28,561 bases of DNA from Armatimonadota bacterium (GCA_043754515.1 JAYUUO010000221.1:1-28561), one strand, 5' to 3'; numbered from the stretch's first letter, positions 9,615 to 19,748 are shown. Notes: generated by a model from the letters alone, not told the origin. Translations and numbers: made by a program.

Positions 9615-9758
9615 CCGCCGCTACTCCTGCTTGCGCCGAACCTCCGCGAGCAGTTCGTCTACCCGGCGGCGCGTCGCCGTAAGCGAGTCCGCTATCGTGG
9701 CGAGCTCCGCTGCGTTACTCTACGCGTGCGCGAGGTTCACTTCGGCGATAACTTGCGA

Positions 9759-9878
9759 CAGACGTTCGACTTCCTGTTTTAGTGCTACGATTTGCCCTTG
9801 CAGTAGGGCGATGGCCTGCGCCTGCTCTTGAATCAACCAGGCGAGTTCAGGAATGGATTTGTCAACCGGGGCATCCGT
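9759..9878 (-). pseudogene. 5' remnant of a second, diverged IS66 transposase
   Basis: TDAPVDKSIPELAWLIQEQAQAIALLQGQIVALKQEVERL aligns with MDTLLDKSIPELVGFIREQAQTIALLQRQIEELRQEIARL of copy 1; start is ACG; GAGCAAGCGCAAAAGTTTC shared at 5681-5699 and 10811-10829. Confidence 0.85.
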
Positions 9879-9896
9879 AGGTTTCGTTATAGTTCA

Positions 9897-10794
9897 ACCC
9901 AAGTTGCTACTTGAGAATAGCATAAGTCAGCACCGTTAGGAACACTTTCAACTCAAAACCGCGTGGGGTGACGGCATGAACAGAACGCGCCAGACGTTGC
10001 GCCAGTTGACTAAACGTTGTCTCCACTCGTTTTCGCATCGAACCGGCTACCCACTGCACGAGGTTGCTTAACGGTTGTTTCATGTTCGAGCGACTTGGCA
10101 CGATTAAATGAATCGAGGCATCTTCTTTCAAATCGTCCTCAAAAGCGCGGTCTAAGAAACCTTTGTCACCGATGAGAATACTTTGCTCCGGCAAGTCAAT
10201 TTCCATCGAACGCAGGGCTTTACAATCATGAGTGCTACCCGGCACGAAAACGAGTTCCACCGGGCGTCCCGTGTCAGTCACGATGAGACAGACCTTCAAA
10301 CCGAAGAAGTACTCTTTCTTACTGACTGTATAACCGCAATAGCCTTCCGTTTTGTAGATCTTACAACGCTTGATGCGGACGTTTTTGCAAACAGGAACAG
10401 GGAAACTATCAACAAGGAAGGCGGTTGTTCGCTATTTGACTTGTGCCAATAGATGCAGAGTGAATTGCCACAGCGATTCAGGTATTTGATGTAAACGGCG
10501 GCTAAATCGACTCTTGGAAAAAGCCGTTATGTATCTATGACTAATAAGAAAGTCCGATGCCTTTTGGTGATTGCCTATAAAAAACTCGGTGGCGACGCTG
10601 GCGATGGTCGTGATCTCGGCGGTTGAGACTTTGGCTTGCTCATTGTCTTGATGATTTAAGGCTTTGAGCAACTCGTCAAAGAAGCAATAAAGGGCTATAA
10701 TTTTTTCGGGCATCTGCGAACCTCGGCAAAATAGTGTTTGGCGATTCTACTTTACCAAGGGTTCACAGAGACTTCAAACGGTAGCAACTTGGGT
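9897..10794 (-). mobile_element. IS982-family insertion sequence nested in the left end of the second IS66
   Basis: Perfect TIRs ACCCAAGTTGCTAC 9897-9910 / 10781-10794; probable decayed 7-bp TSD TAGTTCA/TGGTTTA. Confidence 0.85.
9907..10713 (-). pseudogene. IS982 DDE transposase with one in-frame TAG
   Basis: IIALYCFFDE, SKSRFSRR, VDSFPVPVC, YFFGLKV, GDKGF, RKRVETTFSQL; the two ORFs share a frame, TAG at 10432-10434. Confidence 0.88.
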
Positions 10795-10905
10795 TGGTTT
10801 ACTTAAGAAGGAGCAAGCGCAAAAGTTTCCACGACCCTGAACAGTTACTCACGGGTTCCGAATCCGGCCCACGTCGGGTACACTGGGAACAGCATCCCCA
10901 CGCCG

Positions 10906-11679
10906 ATGCGAACCATGCCAAAGGACCTACTCCCGCCGATGAACCAGACCCTTGATCGCCGCGCCATCCTCCGCGCCGCGCTTTTCTCTCTGCCCATGTC
11001 GGCTCTGCTTTCCCGCGTCGCGCGCGCCGATGATCGCAAGATGCCGGACACAGGGGGCGGACCGTTCACGCTCCCGCCGCTCCCCTATAAGGCGGACTCC
11101 CTGCAACCGTTCATTGATAAGAAAACGATGGAGACGCACCACGACAAGCACCACGCGACGTACGTGAAGAACTTGAATGACGCCGCAGCCAAGACGCCGG
11201 GCTTAAGCGCGAAGTCGCCGGAAGAACTGATCATGACACTCGACCAGGTGCCCGAGGCGGTGCGGACCGTGGTGCGCAACAACGCGGGCGGACACGTGAA
11301 CCACTCGATGTTCTGGAACCTGATGAAGCCTAAGGGCGGCGGCACCCCGACGGGTCCGCTCGCGGAGGCGATCACATCCGGCTTCGGCTCGTTCGCGAAC
11401 TTCCAGACGGCGTTCAACGACGCGGGCCTGAAGCGATTCGGCTCGGGCTGGGTGTGGCTCGCCCGCGACAAGGCCGGGAAGCTACAGATCCTCTCGACCC
11501 CGAACCAGGACAACCCGCTGATGGCCGAGTACGGCGGGATGTACCCGGTGATGGGCAACGACGTCTGGGAGCACGCCTACTACCTGACATATCAGAACCG
11601 CCGCGCGGACTACCTCAAGGCGTGGTGGAACACGGTGAACTGGGACGCGGTGGGCTCGCGCTTCGCCGGGAAACAGTAG
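10906..11679 (+). CDS. sodA: Fe/Mn superoxide dismutase, Mn-type signature, with Tat-like signal peptide
   Basis: [42 protein letters not shown] twin-arginine leader; start could be 10906, 10915 or 10939. Confidence 0.93.
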   Translation: MRTMPKDLLPPMNQTLDRRAILRAALFSLPMSALLSRVARADDRKMPDTGGGPFTLPPLPYKADSLQPFIDKKTMETHHDKHHATYVKNLNDAAAKTPGLSAKSPEELIMTLDQVPEAVRTVVRNNAGGHVNHSMFWNLMKPKGGGTPTGPLAEAITSGFGSFANFQTAFNDAGLKRFGSGWVWLARDKAGKLQILSTPNQDNPLMAEYGGMYPVMGNDVWEHAYYLTYQNRRADYLKAWWNTVNWDAVGSRFAGKQ

Positions 11680-11841
11680 GGAGCGTGGGTGATAGGGCGC
11701 GACTATTAACCACGCCCGCCGGGTATAAAAAAGTGCGTTCGGTGGGATGACCCGCCGAAATGCAGGTAACTTGTCGCCGCGTTCCGCTGTCATAAAGGCG
11801 GTACAGGCCATTTCGGACTCGCCGTTTCTTTCACTCGCCGT

Positions 11842-12471
11842 ATGAACCCAGTAAATGTCAGTTACTCAACGCCCGAAAGTGTATCCGCTCCCAACGCCGG
11901 GTACGAAGCCGCGAAACGGCTTTTCGACGCCACGGTTGCATGGCTTCTGATCATGGCACTTGCTCCAGTCGCGGCGGTGGTCGCGCTCGCCGTGCTCCTC
12001 GATTCGCCAGGTGGGGTGTTCTTCGCGCAAGAGCGGGGCGGGCGGTACGGTAAGCCTTTCCGTCTGCTGAAGTTTCGTAGCATGCGTCCCGGCACCCCGA
12101 GCCTTTCCACCGCCGAGATGCGCAGGGCGGGCGTCAGCCATGTGACTCGGGTCGGCGTGCTACTGCGGCGGACTAGCCTGGATGAACTCCCGCAACTGAT
12201 CAACGTCTTGAAGGGCGAGATGAGCCTGGTCGGGCCTCGCCCCGCCCTGACCTCTCAAACATCGCTGAACGCGGCGCGCGCCAGGAGCGGCGTAGATCTC
12301 CTGCTCCCCGGCATTACCGGGTGGGCGCAAATCAACGGGCGCGACGAACTGTCCGATGAGCAGAAGGTCGCCCATGACGTGTATTATCGGCATCATCGCT
12401 CGTTTAAACTCGACCTCGTTATACTCTTTCGCACTCTGGCGTCGGTATTGACCGGCAGAGGCAACCGATAA
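11842..12471 (+). CDS. Bacterial sugar transferase (PglC/WcaJ-type phosphoglycosyl transferase)
   Basis: KRLFD, KFRSM, SLDELPQLINVLKGEMSLVGPRP, PGITGWAQINGR. Confidence 0.95.
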   Translation: MNPVNVSYSTPESVSAPNAGYEAAKRLFDATVAWLLIMALAPVAAVVALAVLLDSPGGVFFAQERGGRYGKPFRLLKFRSMRPGTPSLSTAEMRRAGVSHVTRVGVLLRRTSLDELPQLINVLKGEMSLVGPRPALTSQTSLNAARARSGVDLLLPGITGWAQINGRDELSDEQKVAHDVYYRHHRSFKLDLVILFRTLASVLTGRGNR

Positions 12472-12510
12472 GTCGGACGGTCGCGCCTCGCGCCGTGCCG
12501 AAGGAGAACC

Positions 12511-14487
12511 ATGCCGCGCTTCGGGAACATCAGTCGGCGGATAGTGGCGCAGGTGGCGATCGACGCCTGCTTGATGACCGCCGCGACCGCGTTCGCGTAT
12601 ATATTGAAGTACGACCTGCCGGATCAGGCGTCCCTGATGAACCGCCAAGCGGTTCTATGGACGCTACCGGTACTGATCGTTCTGCGCCTCGGAGCAATCG
12701 GGCTGTTCCACTTGTACCGCATTCACTGGCGGTACATGTCCCTGCCCGACCTGCGTTTGCTACTCACGGCAATCAGCACCTCGTCGCTCGCCTTCTACCT
12801 ATTCTTACTCGTCGTCGGTCTGGGCGGGCAGGCCGACTACTCCTGGGGGATGCAGGTCATGGACTGGGGCATCAACCTGCTACTCCTGTCCGGCGTGCGC
12901 ATCGGTTACCGGGAACTCTCCGACCTCGGGCGTAGCTGGGGGTTCGGGAGAACGGCGACCGATGACGGCGGCGTCCCGGACGGCCCGAGTCGGCGCACGC
13001 TGATCGTCGGCGCGGGCGACTCGGGCGAGACGCTGGCGCGTGATCTGAAACGCCGTCCTCAAGGCGGCCTCCTCCCGCTCGGCTTCGTAGACGACGACCC
13101 GTTCAAGCGCAAGATCCGCATCCAGGGGCTACCGGTACTCGGCGACTGCGCGGAGATCCCGGAGATCGCGCACCGCCTCGGGGTCGAAGTGATCCTGATA
13201 GCGATCCCGAACGCTTCCGGCAAGACGATCCGCGATATTCTGGCGCACTGCGAGCAGACCACGGCGCGGCTCTGCATCGTTCCCTCGGTCGGCGAGATGG
13301 TGCGTAGCGGCGGCGGCCCGCGTCACGCCCCGGTGCGCGACATCAACATCGAGGATCTGCTCCGCCGGGCCGCCGTGCGCACCGACATGGAGAAGATAGC
13401 CGGGTACGTTTCGGGGCACCGCGTCCTGGTCACCGGCGCGGGCGGTTCCATCGGGTCAGAGCTGTGTCGGCAGATAGCCGCGCTCAACCCGGCGCGTCTG
13501 ATCCTGGTCGGGCAGGGCGAGAACAGCGTGTTCGAGATCGAGCAGGAGATGATCCGCGAGTTCGGGTTCGCCACCACGGCGGTGATCGGCTCCGTGCGGG
13601 ATCGCGGGCGCATTGAGGAGATATTCCTGCACGAACGCCCCACGGTCGTTTTCCACGCCGCCGCGCACAAGCACGTGCCTCTGATGGAGGCGAACCCGCA
13701 GGAGGCGGTCAAAAATAACATACTGGGGACGCGTAATGTCGCCGAAGTCGCGGCGGAGTGCGGCGTAAAGAAGTTCATTCTGGTCTCCACGGATAAAGCG
13801 GTGAACCCGTCCTCTGTAATGGGTGCTACGAAGCGGATCTGCGAGATGATCATCCAGACGCTCGCCCGCACGACCCGCACCGAGTTCGCCGCCGTGCGCT
13901 TCGGGAACGTGCTCGGCTCCCGCGGCTCGGTGATACCGACTATGCGCAAGCAGATATTACGCGGCGGACCGGTGACGGTGACGCACCCGGAGATGACCCG
14001 CTATTTTATGACGATCCCCGAGGCGGTTCAACTCATTCTACAAGCGGGCGCGATGGGCGGGAACGGCGAGATATACATACTTGACATGGGCGACCCGGTG
14101 CGCATCCTGGATCTCGCCCGCGACCTGATCCGGCTGTCCGGCTTCCGGCCCGACTCCGACATCAAGATCGAATATACAGGGACGCGCCCCGGCGAAAAGT
14201 TGCACGAGGAGTTGCTCTACACCGATGAGCAAAAGCGCGCCACCGAGCACGCCAAGATATTCGTGTCCGACGCGAACGGCATTGACCCCGCCACGTTGCG
14301 ACGCGCGGTAGACCGCCTGATACGGATCGCGAGCGAGGGCGAGCGGCCGGAAGTGCTACGTAGCGAGGTATTGCGGGTCGCGCACGGGCAATTCACCGGG
14401 GAGGAGTCGCAAGACAGTCGGCCGACACCGAAAGCAGTCAGCCCCCCCGCGTCTTCAACATCTGTGTTCGAGGGAGTACCCAATTAG
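12511..14487 (+). CDS. Membrane-bound UDP-GlcNAc 4,6-dehydratase (PglF/CapD/WbpM family)
   Basis: Four N-terminal TM segments; GAGGSIG, HAAAHKHVP, STDKAV, MGATK, VRFGNVLGSRGSV, RPGEKLHEEL. Confidence 0.95.
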   Translation: MPRFGNISRRIVAQVAIDACLMTAATAFAYILKYDLPDQASLMNRQAVLWTLPVLIVLRLGAIGLFHLYRIHWRYMSLPDLRLLLTAISTSSLAFYLFLLVVGLGGQADYSWGMQVMDWGINLLLLSGVRIGYRELSDLGRSWGFGRTATDDGGVPDGPSRRTLIVGAGDSGETLARDLKRRPQGGLLPLGFVDDDPFKRKIRIQGLPVLGDCAEIPEIAHRLGVEVILIAIPNASGKTIRDILAHCEQTTARLCIVPSVGEMVRSGGGPRHAPVRDINIEDLLRRAAVRTDMEKIAGYVSGHRVLVTGAGGSIGSELCRQIAALNPARLILVGQGENSVFEIEQEMIREFGFATTAVIGSVRDRGRIEEIFLHERPTVVFHAAAHKHVPLMEANPQEAVKNNILGTRNVAEVAAECGVKKFILVSTDKAVNPSSVMGATKRICEMIIQTLARTTRTEFAAVRFGNVLGSRGSVIPTMRKQILRGGPVTVTHPEMTRYFMTIPEAVQLILQAGAMGGNGEIYILDMGDPVRILDLARDLIRLSGFRPDSDIKIEYTGTRPGEKLHEELLYTDEQKRATEHAKIFVSDANGIDPATLRRAVDRLIRIASEGERPEVLRSEVLRVAHGQFTGEESQDSRPTPKAVSPPASSTSVFEGVPN

Positions 14488-16082
14488 TGGCTAGCGGGAA
14501 GTGGTTCGGAAAATTGCTGATGATGAGTACCAGCGTCGGCACTCTGGCCGTGCTCGCTTCGGCGGCGTTCGCGCTTCCGGAGGACATCGTGCCGCGCGGC
14601 GACGTCGCGTACGATCTGCTCGCCTCGCTGTCCGGGGCAGGACGCGTGAAGGGGAGAACGGTAGGCGACTTTTTTCGCGGGGACAGGCTGTACACGCGGC
14701 GCGAAATGGCGGAGATTGTCGCCGATCTGCTCGCAACGAACGACGTGCCGGGCCTGCCAGGTAGCACGCGGGCACATGTACGCGCCCTGCTCATCGAGTT
14801 CGCGCCGGAACTGCGGGCGCGGGGCGTGGTGATCCCGGCCCTCCCGGCGGGCGACGCGGGGTTTTCCGCCCTGCTCAAGGCGCGGGGCGGCGCGTCCCCG
14901 GCCAGCGGTCGGCTCGTGGGGCGGTTTGCCCTCTCGTCCGCCATCGGGCGGGACGGCTATCTCGCGGCGTCGGTGGGCAACTACCGCGACGAGTGGAACG
15001 CTCTGCAACCGCTCAAAGGCAACTATCCCGCCGTCGAAACGCTATTTCTGCGCTACAACACGCGCGTGCTGGACTTCACGGTAGGGCAGCAACCGCTCCG
15101 GTGGGGTCCCGGTTTCTCTGGCGCGCTGTTGCTCGGCGGCGAATCGCCGTCCATCCCGCAGATCCGCGTGGAGAAAGGCTTCGTGTTGCCCGGCTCGCTC
15201 GGGCGGCGTGCCGGGCGGTTCTACTTCACACAGTTCGCCGGCGAAGTTTACGAGGACGACGTCGCAAGCGCGGACCCGGTCGTTCGCGGGACGCTCCGCT
15301 ATGTCTTCGGGCGGCGTCTGGAAACCGCTGGGGATCGCGGGCCGTGGAGGATCTCGTTCGCGGAGACCTTCAAAAGCACCCGGTTGCCGGGCGCGGGCTG
15401 GGCATTCGTGTTGCCTTTCTACGCGTACCAGAACGCCTTCACGAAGTTCGAGGGGCGAGCCGACCACCGCCTGCTGGGGTTCATTGCGGATGGGCATACC
15501 TACCCAAACTCGCTCTGGCTCAATTACCTGGCCGACATTCAGGTGTCGTATAAGGCGATTCCCGCCCGCGACACGAGTGTATATGCCGACCTTCTAATTG
15601 ACGACCTGAAAGCACCCAGGGGTGCCAGCGCGAACGACGGCCCCGTACCGCGCAAGATCGGCTTCCAAGTCGGCGGCTACGCCCCTCGTCTCGATAACCG
15701 GGGACGCTTCGGCTTACGACTCGAGTACACGCTCCTCGACGCGACGACATACCTCACCGAGACGATCCCGAAGAACTACGCGGTGAACGGCGTTTCGCTC
15801 GGCTACCCGTACGGCGGCAACGGGCACGTGTTCTTCGGGCGGCTGGATGCGCGGGTGTCCGAAAAGGCGAAGGCGTCCGCGGAGGTCTCGTTGCGTAGCC
15901 GGAGCAAGGCGAGCGATCTGGGGTTCGTCGGGAATCGGTACAGCGTTTACGGCGTCTACAACCTGACCCGCTCGGCGTTCGTGGGAGCGCGGGTAGACCA
16001 CGTGACCGGCGACACACGCCTCGCAAACGTGTCTACGCACGACGCGACGCGGGGCGAGTTGAGTGTCGGCTACGGGTTCTAA
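14487..16082 (+). CDS. Capsule assembly Wzi-family outer-membrane protein with SLH-like N-terminus
   Basis: Signal peptide; VPRGDVAYD..GDRLYTRREMA SLH-like segment; GQQPLRWGPG..GALLLG..PSIP and LGYPYG motifs; C-terminal YGF; context of polysaccharide genes. Confidence 0.7.
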   Translation: MASGKWFGKLLMMSTSVGTLAVLASAAFALPEDIVPRGDVAYDLLASLSGAGRVKGRTVGDFFRGDRLYTRREMAEIVADLLATNDVPGLPGSTRAHVRALLIEFAPELRARGVVIPALPAGDAGFSALLKARGGASPASGRLVGRFALSSAIGRDGYLAASVGNYRDEWNALQPLKGNYPAVETLFLRYNTRVLDFTVGQQPLRWGPGFSGALLLGGESPSIPQIRVEKGFVLPGSLGRRAGRFYFTQFAGEVYEDDVASADPVVRGTLRYVFGRRLETAGDRGPWRISFAETFKSTRLPGAGWAFVLPFYAYQNAFTKFEGRADHRLLGFIADGHTYPNSLWLNYLADIQVSYKAIPARDTSVYADLLIDDLKAPRGASANDGPVPRKIGFQVGGYAPRLDNRGRFGLRLEYTLLDATTYLTETIPKNYAVNGVSLGYPYGGNGHVFFGRLDARVSEKAKASAEVSLRSRSKASDLGFVGNRYSVYGVYNLTRSAFVGARVDHVTGDTRLANVSTHDATRGELSVGYGF

Positions 16083-16116
16083 CGCAGGCATTCCCCTTGC
16101 CTTCAAGGGGGAACAG

Positions 16117-16602
16117 TCATCTAAAAACGATCGGGGCGAGTTTCTCCGACATGCGCTGTAGCTCCCCGCTGTTGTGGCGGAGTAGTTCATGGTTCCACAC
16201 GATCGGCCTGGCATCACGACACTCTGCCGCGAGCAAGGTGCCGACCGATTCGAGGCTTATTTTCAGTGCCATTCGTAACTTCGCGGGTTCCGACCAGGTA
16301 CCAGCGATGAACACGCGATCAGCAAGCCCATCTGGGATTTGTGACTTGAGGAGTGTCAGTCGGTCATTTTGCCCGTCGAAGTCAACTATCAGCACGAAAT
16401 GATGGTGGAGATATTTCTCTATCTCGGTAGCGTGCGTTTCATTGAACTGCTCAATGGCCTTCATCCACCCGCCGGCGGGAAGTAGCACATACATCTTCCG
16501 AGGATCAAGGAGCGGGTCAAGCTCGAATCCTACCACCATCTGTCGGTTCGCGTCGTCGTCCGGCAGTACAGGGACGTGCGGCTCATACTTGTTGACGCTC
16601 AA
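16117..16602 (-). CDS. Hypothetical protein, partner of the upstream ABC-type ATPase (possible TOPRIM-like fold)
   Basis: 4-nt overlap with the ATPase stop; VLPDDDAN and IVDFD acidic motifs. Confidence 0.7.
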   Translation of the reverse strand: MSVNKYEPHVPVLPDDDANRQMVVGFELDPLLDPRKMYVLLPAGGWMKAIEQFNETHATEIEKYLHHHFVLIVDFDGQNDRLTLLKSQIPDGLADRVFIAGTWSEPAKLRMALKISLESVGTLLAAECRDARPIVWNHELLRHNSGELQRMSEKLAPIVFR

Positions 16603-17708
16603 GGATTGACGTTTCCCCAGAGCAAGGCGTCGCCCAGATCGCCTTTCAAGTTCAACTGGTCGAGGGGACGAACGGCCGTCGGTTCCAGATGGCTCCGCCG
16701 GTGTAGTAGCAGGGTGTTGTGGTCTGAAAACTGGCGAATCGCTTCGATGTTGTGTGACGTGACGAGAAGCTGGCTGCCGTTCCGAAACGAGCGGCGTAAT
16801 GCCATGACGAAATGTGCTACCTCATCCGGCGCGAGGTAGTTGTCCGGCTCATCCCAAAAACAGAAGATCGGCCCGTAAGCCTCGTTGGCAGCCAGTACGA
16901 CGGCGCAAATGAAGAAGCACTTCTCGCCGTCCGACAGGTCACGGAAGGGTAGACTCAGTGTCGCTTGGTCCTGCTGAAACTGGACGGAAATCCTTCGGGC
17001 ATCCGCCGCGATGATCGGATTTTTAATGTCTTTGAAATCGGGCATGACCTCCCGAAGATACTCGTCTATTCGCGCGTAGGCTCCCGGCGAGCGCGCTAGT
17101 AGGCCCGAGAACCAGTTGCCAAAATCTGTTACATGCCTCTTTGGTGACAACGTCTCGCCCTCGGAGTCGCCCGTGATCAGGCTGGGAATGGGCGAGATAA
17201 TCAACATCCGAGCGAGCAAGCTCTTAAATATGTACAGAGGGTCTTTCGTGGAACGTTCCTGAGTCACAGGAAGAGCGACCAGATGCATGTCAACTGAAAA
17301 CTGTGCTTCCACGTCATCCGTCGTTTTGGGGATAGTGACCCGCACCTCCATCCGTGTGTAGACGGGTTCTCCGCTCGCGGTAAGGCTTTCGTCCAGCACC
17401 CAGGGTTCTTTGAAGCCGTCAGGGCACTCCAGCCCGAGGGTGTTCCAGAAGGTGTTCCCGCCAATCTCAGCCTCTATTTCGAAGCGCATGGGCACATCCC
17501 GACGCCCCCGCGCGAAATCAGGCGGATTCACGAGTTACCCCACCCGGTTCGTACCTGTCGCGATGTCACGCAACATTTCCAGCGCGTAACTGACCGTAGA
17601 CTTCCCCGAGCCGTTCTTGCCTATTAGAAGCGAGGAAGGCTTCTTCGAGATCGGAAGGTCGAAGTTTTCCAGACAGCGGAAGTTATGGATGTAGAGCCGT
17701 TTGATCAT
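16599..17708 (-). pseudogene. AAA_21/ABC-type ATPase with in-frame TAA
   Basis: MIKRLYIHNFRCL, Walker A GKNGSGKS, signature LSDGE, Walker B FWDEPD, TSH; TAA 17535-17537 lies in frame between the two ORFs. Confidence 0.85.
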
Positions 17709-17803
17709 GGCAAAATGATACCGAATAGGAACAGGCAATACCATGCGGACGAGACCCAGCGTGTTTCGGCTTGAGGCGCGTGCTCAAGGCAAGGCGGTCT
17801 GCT

Positions 17804-18487
17804 CTATCCCACGTCGGAGTTCGACGCCTGCCCCCGCAGCGCGTCCACGGTCACGAAGCCGTAGCCGCACTCTTGAAGCGTGGGGATGAACGCGTCCGCG
17901 ACGGCCGCAACATCCCGCCCCCCGCTCCCGCCGTCGTGCAACACAATGATCGTCCCCGCCCGCGTCTGCGCCAGCGTGCGCCGCACCACGACGCCGACGC
18001 CGGGACAGGCCCAATCCCCGGAAACCGCGCCCCACATCACCGGGCGGTAGCCCCACGCCCGTAGCCGCGCCACCGTCTCTGGCGTCGCGGCACCGCCCGG
18101 CGGTCGGACGTCGCGGACGGCGCCCGGTAGCAGACCGCACGCCGCGCCGATAGTCTGCTGTGTCGCCTCAAGATCACGCCGCAGTTGATTGGGAGCGAGG
18201 CGCGGGAACGGGCGGTGGCTGAACCCATGTAGCCCGATCCCATGGCCCGCTTCATGAATCTGCCGAACCACCTCGGGAAACCGAGTCACCCGCTCGCCGA
18301 GGAGGAAGAACGTCGCCGTCACGCCGTGCCGCGCGAGAACTTGTAGGAGCGCGGGCGTGTAGACCGGGTGCGGGCCGTCGTCGAACGTCAGCGCGACCAC
18401 CGGAACGTTCGCGTCGCCGCGCCAAAGGCAACTGGGCAGTAGAACACTGCCGAGGCGGTGCAGGATTTGGTAAAGAGCGGGGGGCAT
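17804..18487 (-). CDS. Polysaccharide deacetylase (NodB/CE4 family)
   Basis: LTFDDGP, HGFSH, RPPGG, IVLHDG motifs. Confidence 0.93.
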   Translation of the reverse strand: MPPALYQILHRLGSVLLPSCLWRGDANVPVVALTFDDGPHPVYTPALLQVLARHGVTATFFLLGERVTRFPEVVRQIHEAGHGIGLHGFSHRPFPRLAPNQLRRDLEATQQTIGAACGLLPGAVRDVRPPGGAATPETVARLRAWGYRPVMWGAVSGDWACPGVGVVVRRTLAQTRAGTIIVLHDGGSGGRDVAAVADAFIPTLQECGYGFVTVDALRGQASNSDVG

Positions 18488-18568
18488 CGGGTTCGTCTAT
18501 TGTAGCCGAAGATGGCTATTGCCGAAGGTAGATACTGCCGAACATAACGCGGCGGATTGTGGGGTGAG

Positions 18569-18618
18569 CGGGCGATGAATCGCAGCACCGGAAGTCGGGG
18601 GATCGGGCGATGAATCGC
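18569..18618. repeat. Two copies of a 15-nt REP-like palindromic unit
   Basis: CGGGCGATGAATCGC at 18569-18583 and 18604-18618; the core GCGAT-GA-ATCGC is a mini-hairpin. Confidence 0.5.
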
Positions 18619-18758
18619 TCCGCTCCCCCCCGACACCCGACGCCCGCAAACACCCCACCGCGAAGGAGTCAACTCTGCCCCGTTTCGGGTATCCTGTCAT
18701 CAGGCGTACCCGCCGCGCGTCGGCGCGTACGCCACGTCACCTTTTTTGGAGATTTTTT

Positions 18759-19748
18759 ATGCAACATACCCGCCTCGGACGTACCGGGCTTAGAGTATCT
18801 CGCCTGTGCCTCGGCACAATGAACTTCGGGCCGGAGACCACGGAGCCGGACTCGTTCTCGATCATGGATAAGGCCCTGGAAGTCGGCATCAACTTCTGGG
18901 ACACCGCCGACGTGTACGGATGGCAGGAAGGCGAGCGGATCACGGAAAAGATCATCGGCAACTTCTTCGCGCAGGGCGGTGGTCGCCGCGAGAAGACGGT
19001 GATCGGCACCAAACTGTTCGGCGGAATGGGCAAGTGGCCGAACGATTCGCGATTATCGAAACTGCGAATCCGCAACGGGGTCGAAGGCTCGCTGAAGGCG
19101 ATGCATACGGACTTCATTGACCTGATCCAGATGCACCACGTTGACCGGGACGCCCCGTGGGACGAGATCTGGGAGGCGTTCGAGCAACTACAAGCACAGG
19201 GCAAGATCCTGTATGTCGGCTCCTCGAACTTTGCGGGCTGGCACATCGCGCAGGCGAACGAGCAGGCGAGGAAGCGCAACAATTTGGGACTTGTTTCCGA
19301 GCAATCCAAATACCACCTGCTCTGCCGCTACCCGGAGCTAGAAGTAGTTCCCGCGTGCAAAGAGTACGGGCTGGGGATTATCCCGTGGTCGCCGCTTGCG
19401 TCCGGCGTTCTCGGCGGCGCGCTACAAAAGGCGACTGAGGGGCGGCGCGCCTCGGGCGGCGTGCAGGCGGAGATCGAGAAGCACCGGCCCGCGCTGGAGA
19501 AGTGGGAAGCGTTGTGCCGTGAGATGGGCGAGAACCCGGCTAACGTCGCGCTCGCGTGGCTCCTGTCGAACCCGGTCGTAACCGCGCCGATCATCGGGCC
19601 GCGCACGATTGACCAGTTGAACGACTCGCTCCGCACGCTGGAGATCACGCTCGACGCCGAGACGCTGAAGAAGATTGACGAGATCTTCCCGGCAGTTGGG
19701 TTGTTCGGCAACGAGTCCAAGCCCGCGCCCGAGGCGTACGCCTGGTAG
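18759..19748 (+). CDS. Aldo/keto reductase
   Basis: LGRTGLRVSRLCLGTMNFG, DTADVYG, GTK, IDLIQMH, GSSN, PWSPLASG, PIIGPRT. Confidence 0.95.
   Translation: MQHTRLGRTGLRVSRLCLGTMNFGPETTEPDSFSIMDKALEVGINFWDTADVYGWQEGERITEKIIGNFFAQGGGRREKTVIGTKLFGGMGKWPNDSRLSKLRIRNGVEGSLKAMHTDFIDLIQMHHVDRDAPWDEIWEAFEQLQAQGKILYVGSSNFAGWHIAQANEQARKRNNLGLVSEQSKYHLLCRYPELEVVPACKEYGLGIIPWSPLASGVLGGALQKATEGRRASGGVQAEIEKHRPALEKWEALCREMGENPANVALAWLLSNPVVTAPIIGPRTIDQLNDSLRTLEITLDAETLKKIDEIFPAVGLFGNESKPAPEAYAW

Larger units (their letters stand above)
4259..10848. mobile_element. Composite transposon bounded by IS66-type ends, 8-bp TSD TCACGGGT
   Basis: GTAACTGTTCAGGGT at 4259-4273 and its perfect inverted copy at 10834-10848; identical TCACGGGT at 4251-4258 and 10849-10856. 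Confidence 0.85.

Noticed and set aside
4948..10434. Several in-frame TAG codons in transposases, suggesting amber recoding
   Set aside because: proA, sodA, the dehydratase and the AKR all end at TAG at their expected C-termini, and in-frame TAA lesions also occur; ordinary pseudogenisation explains it
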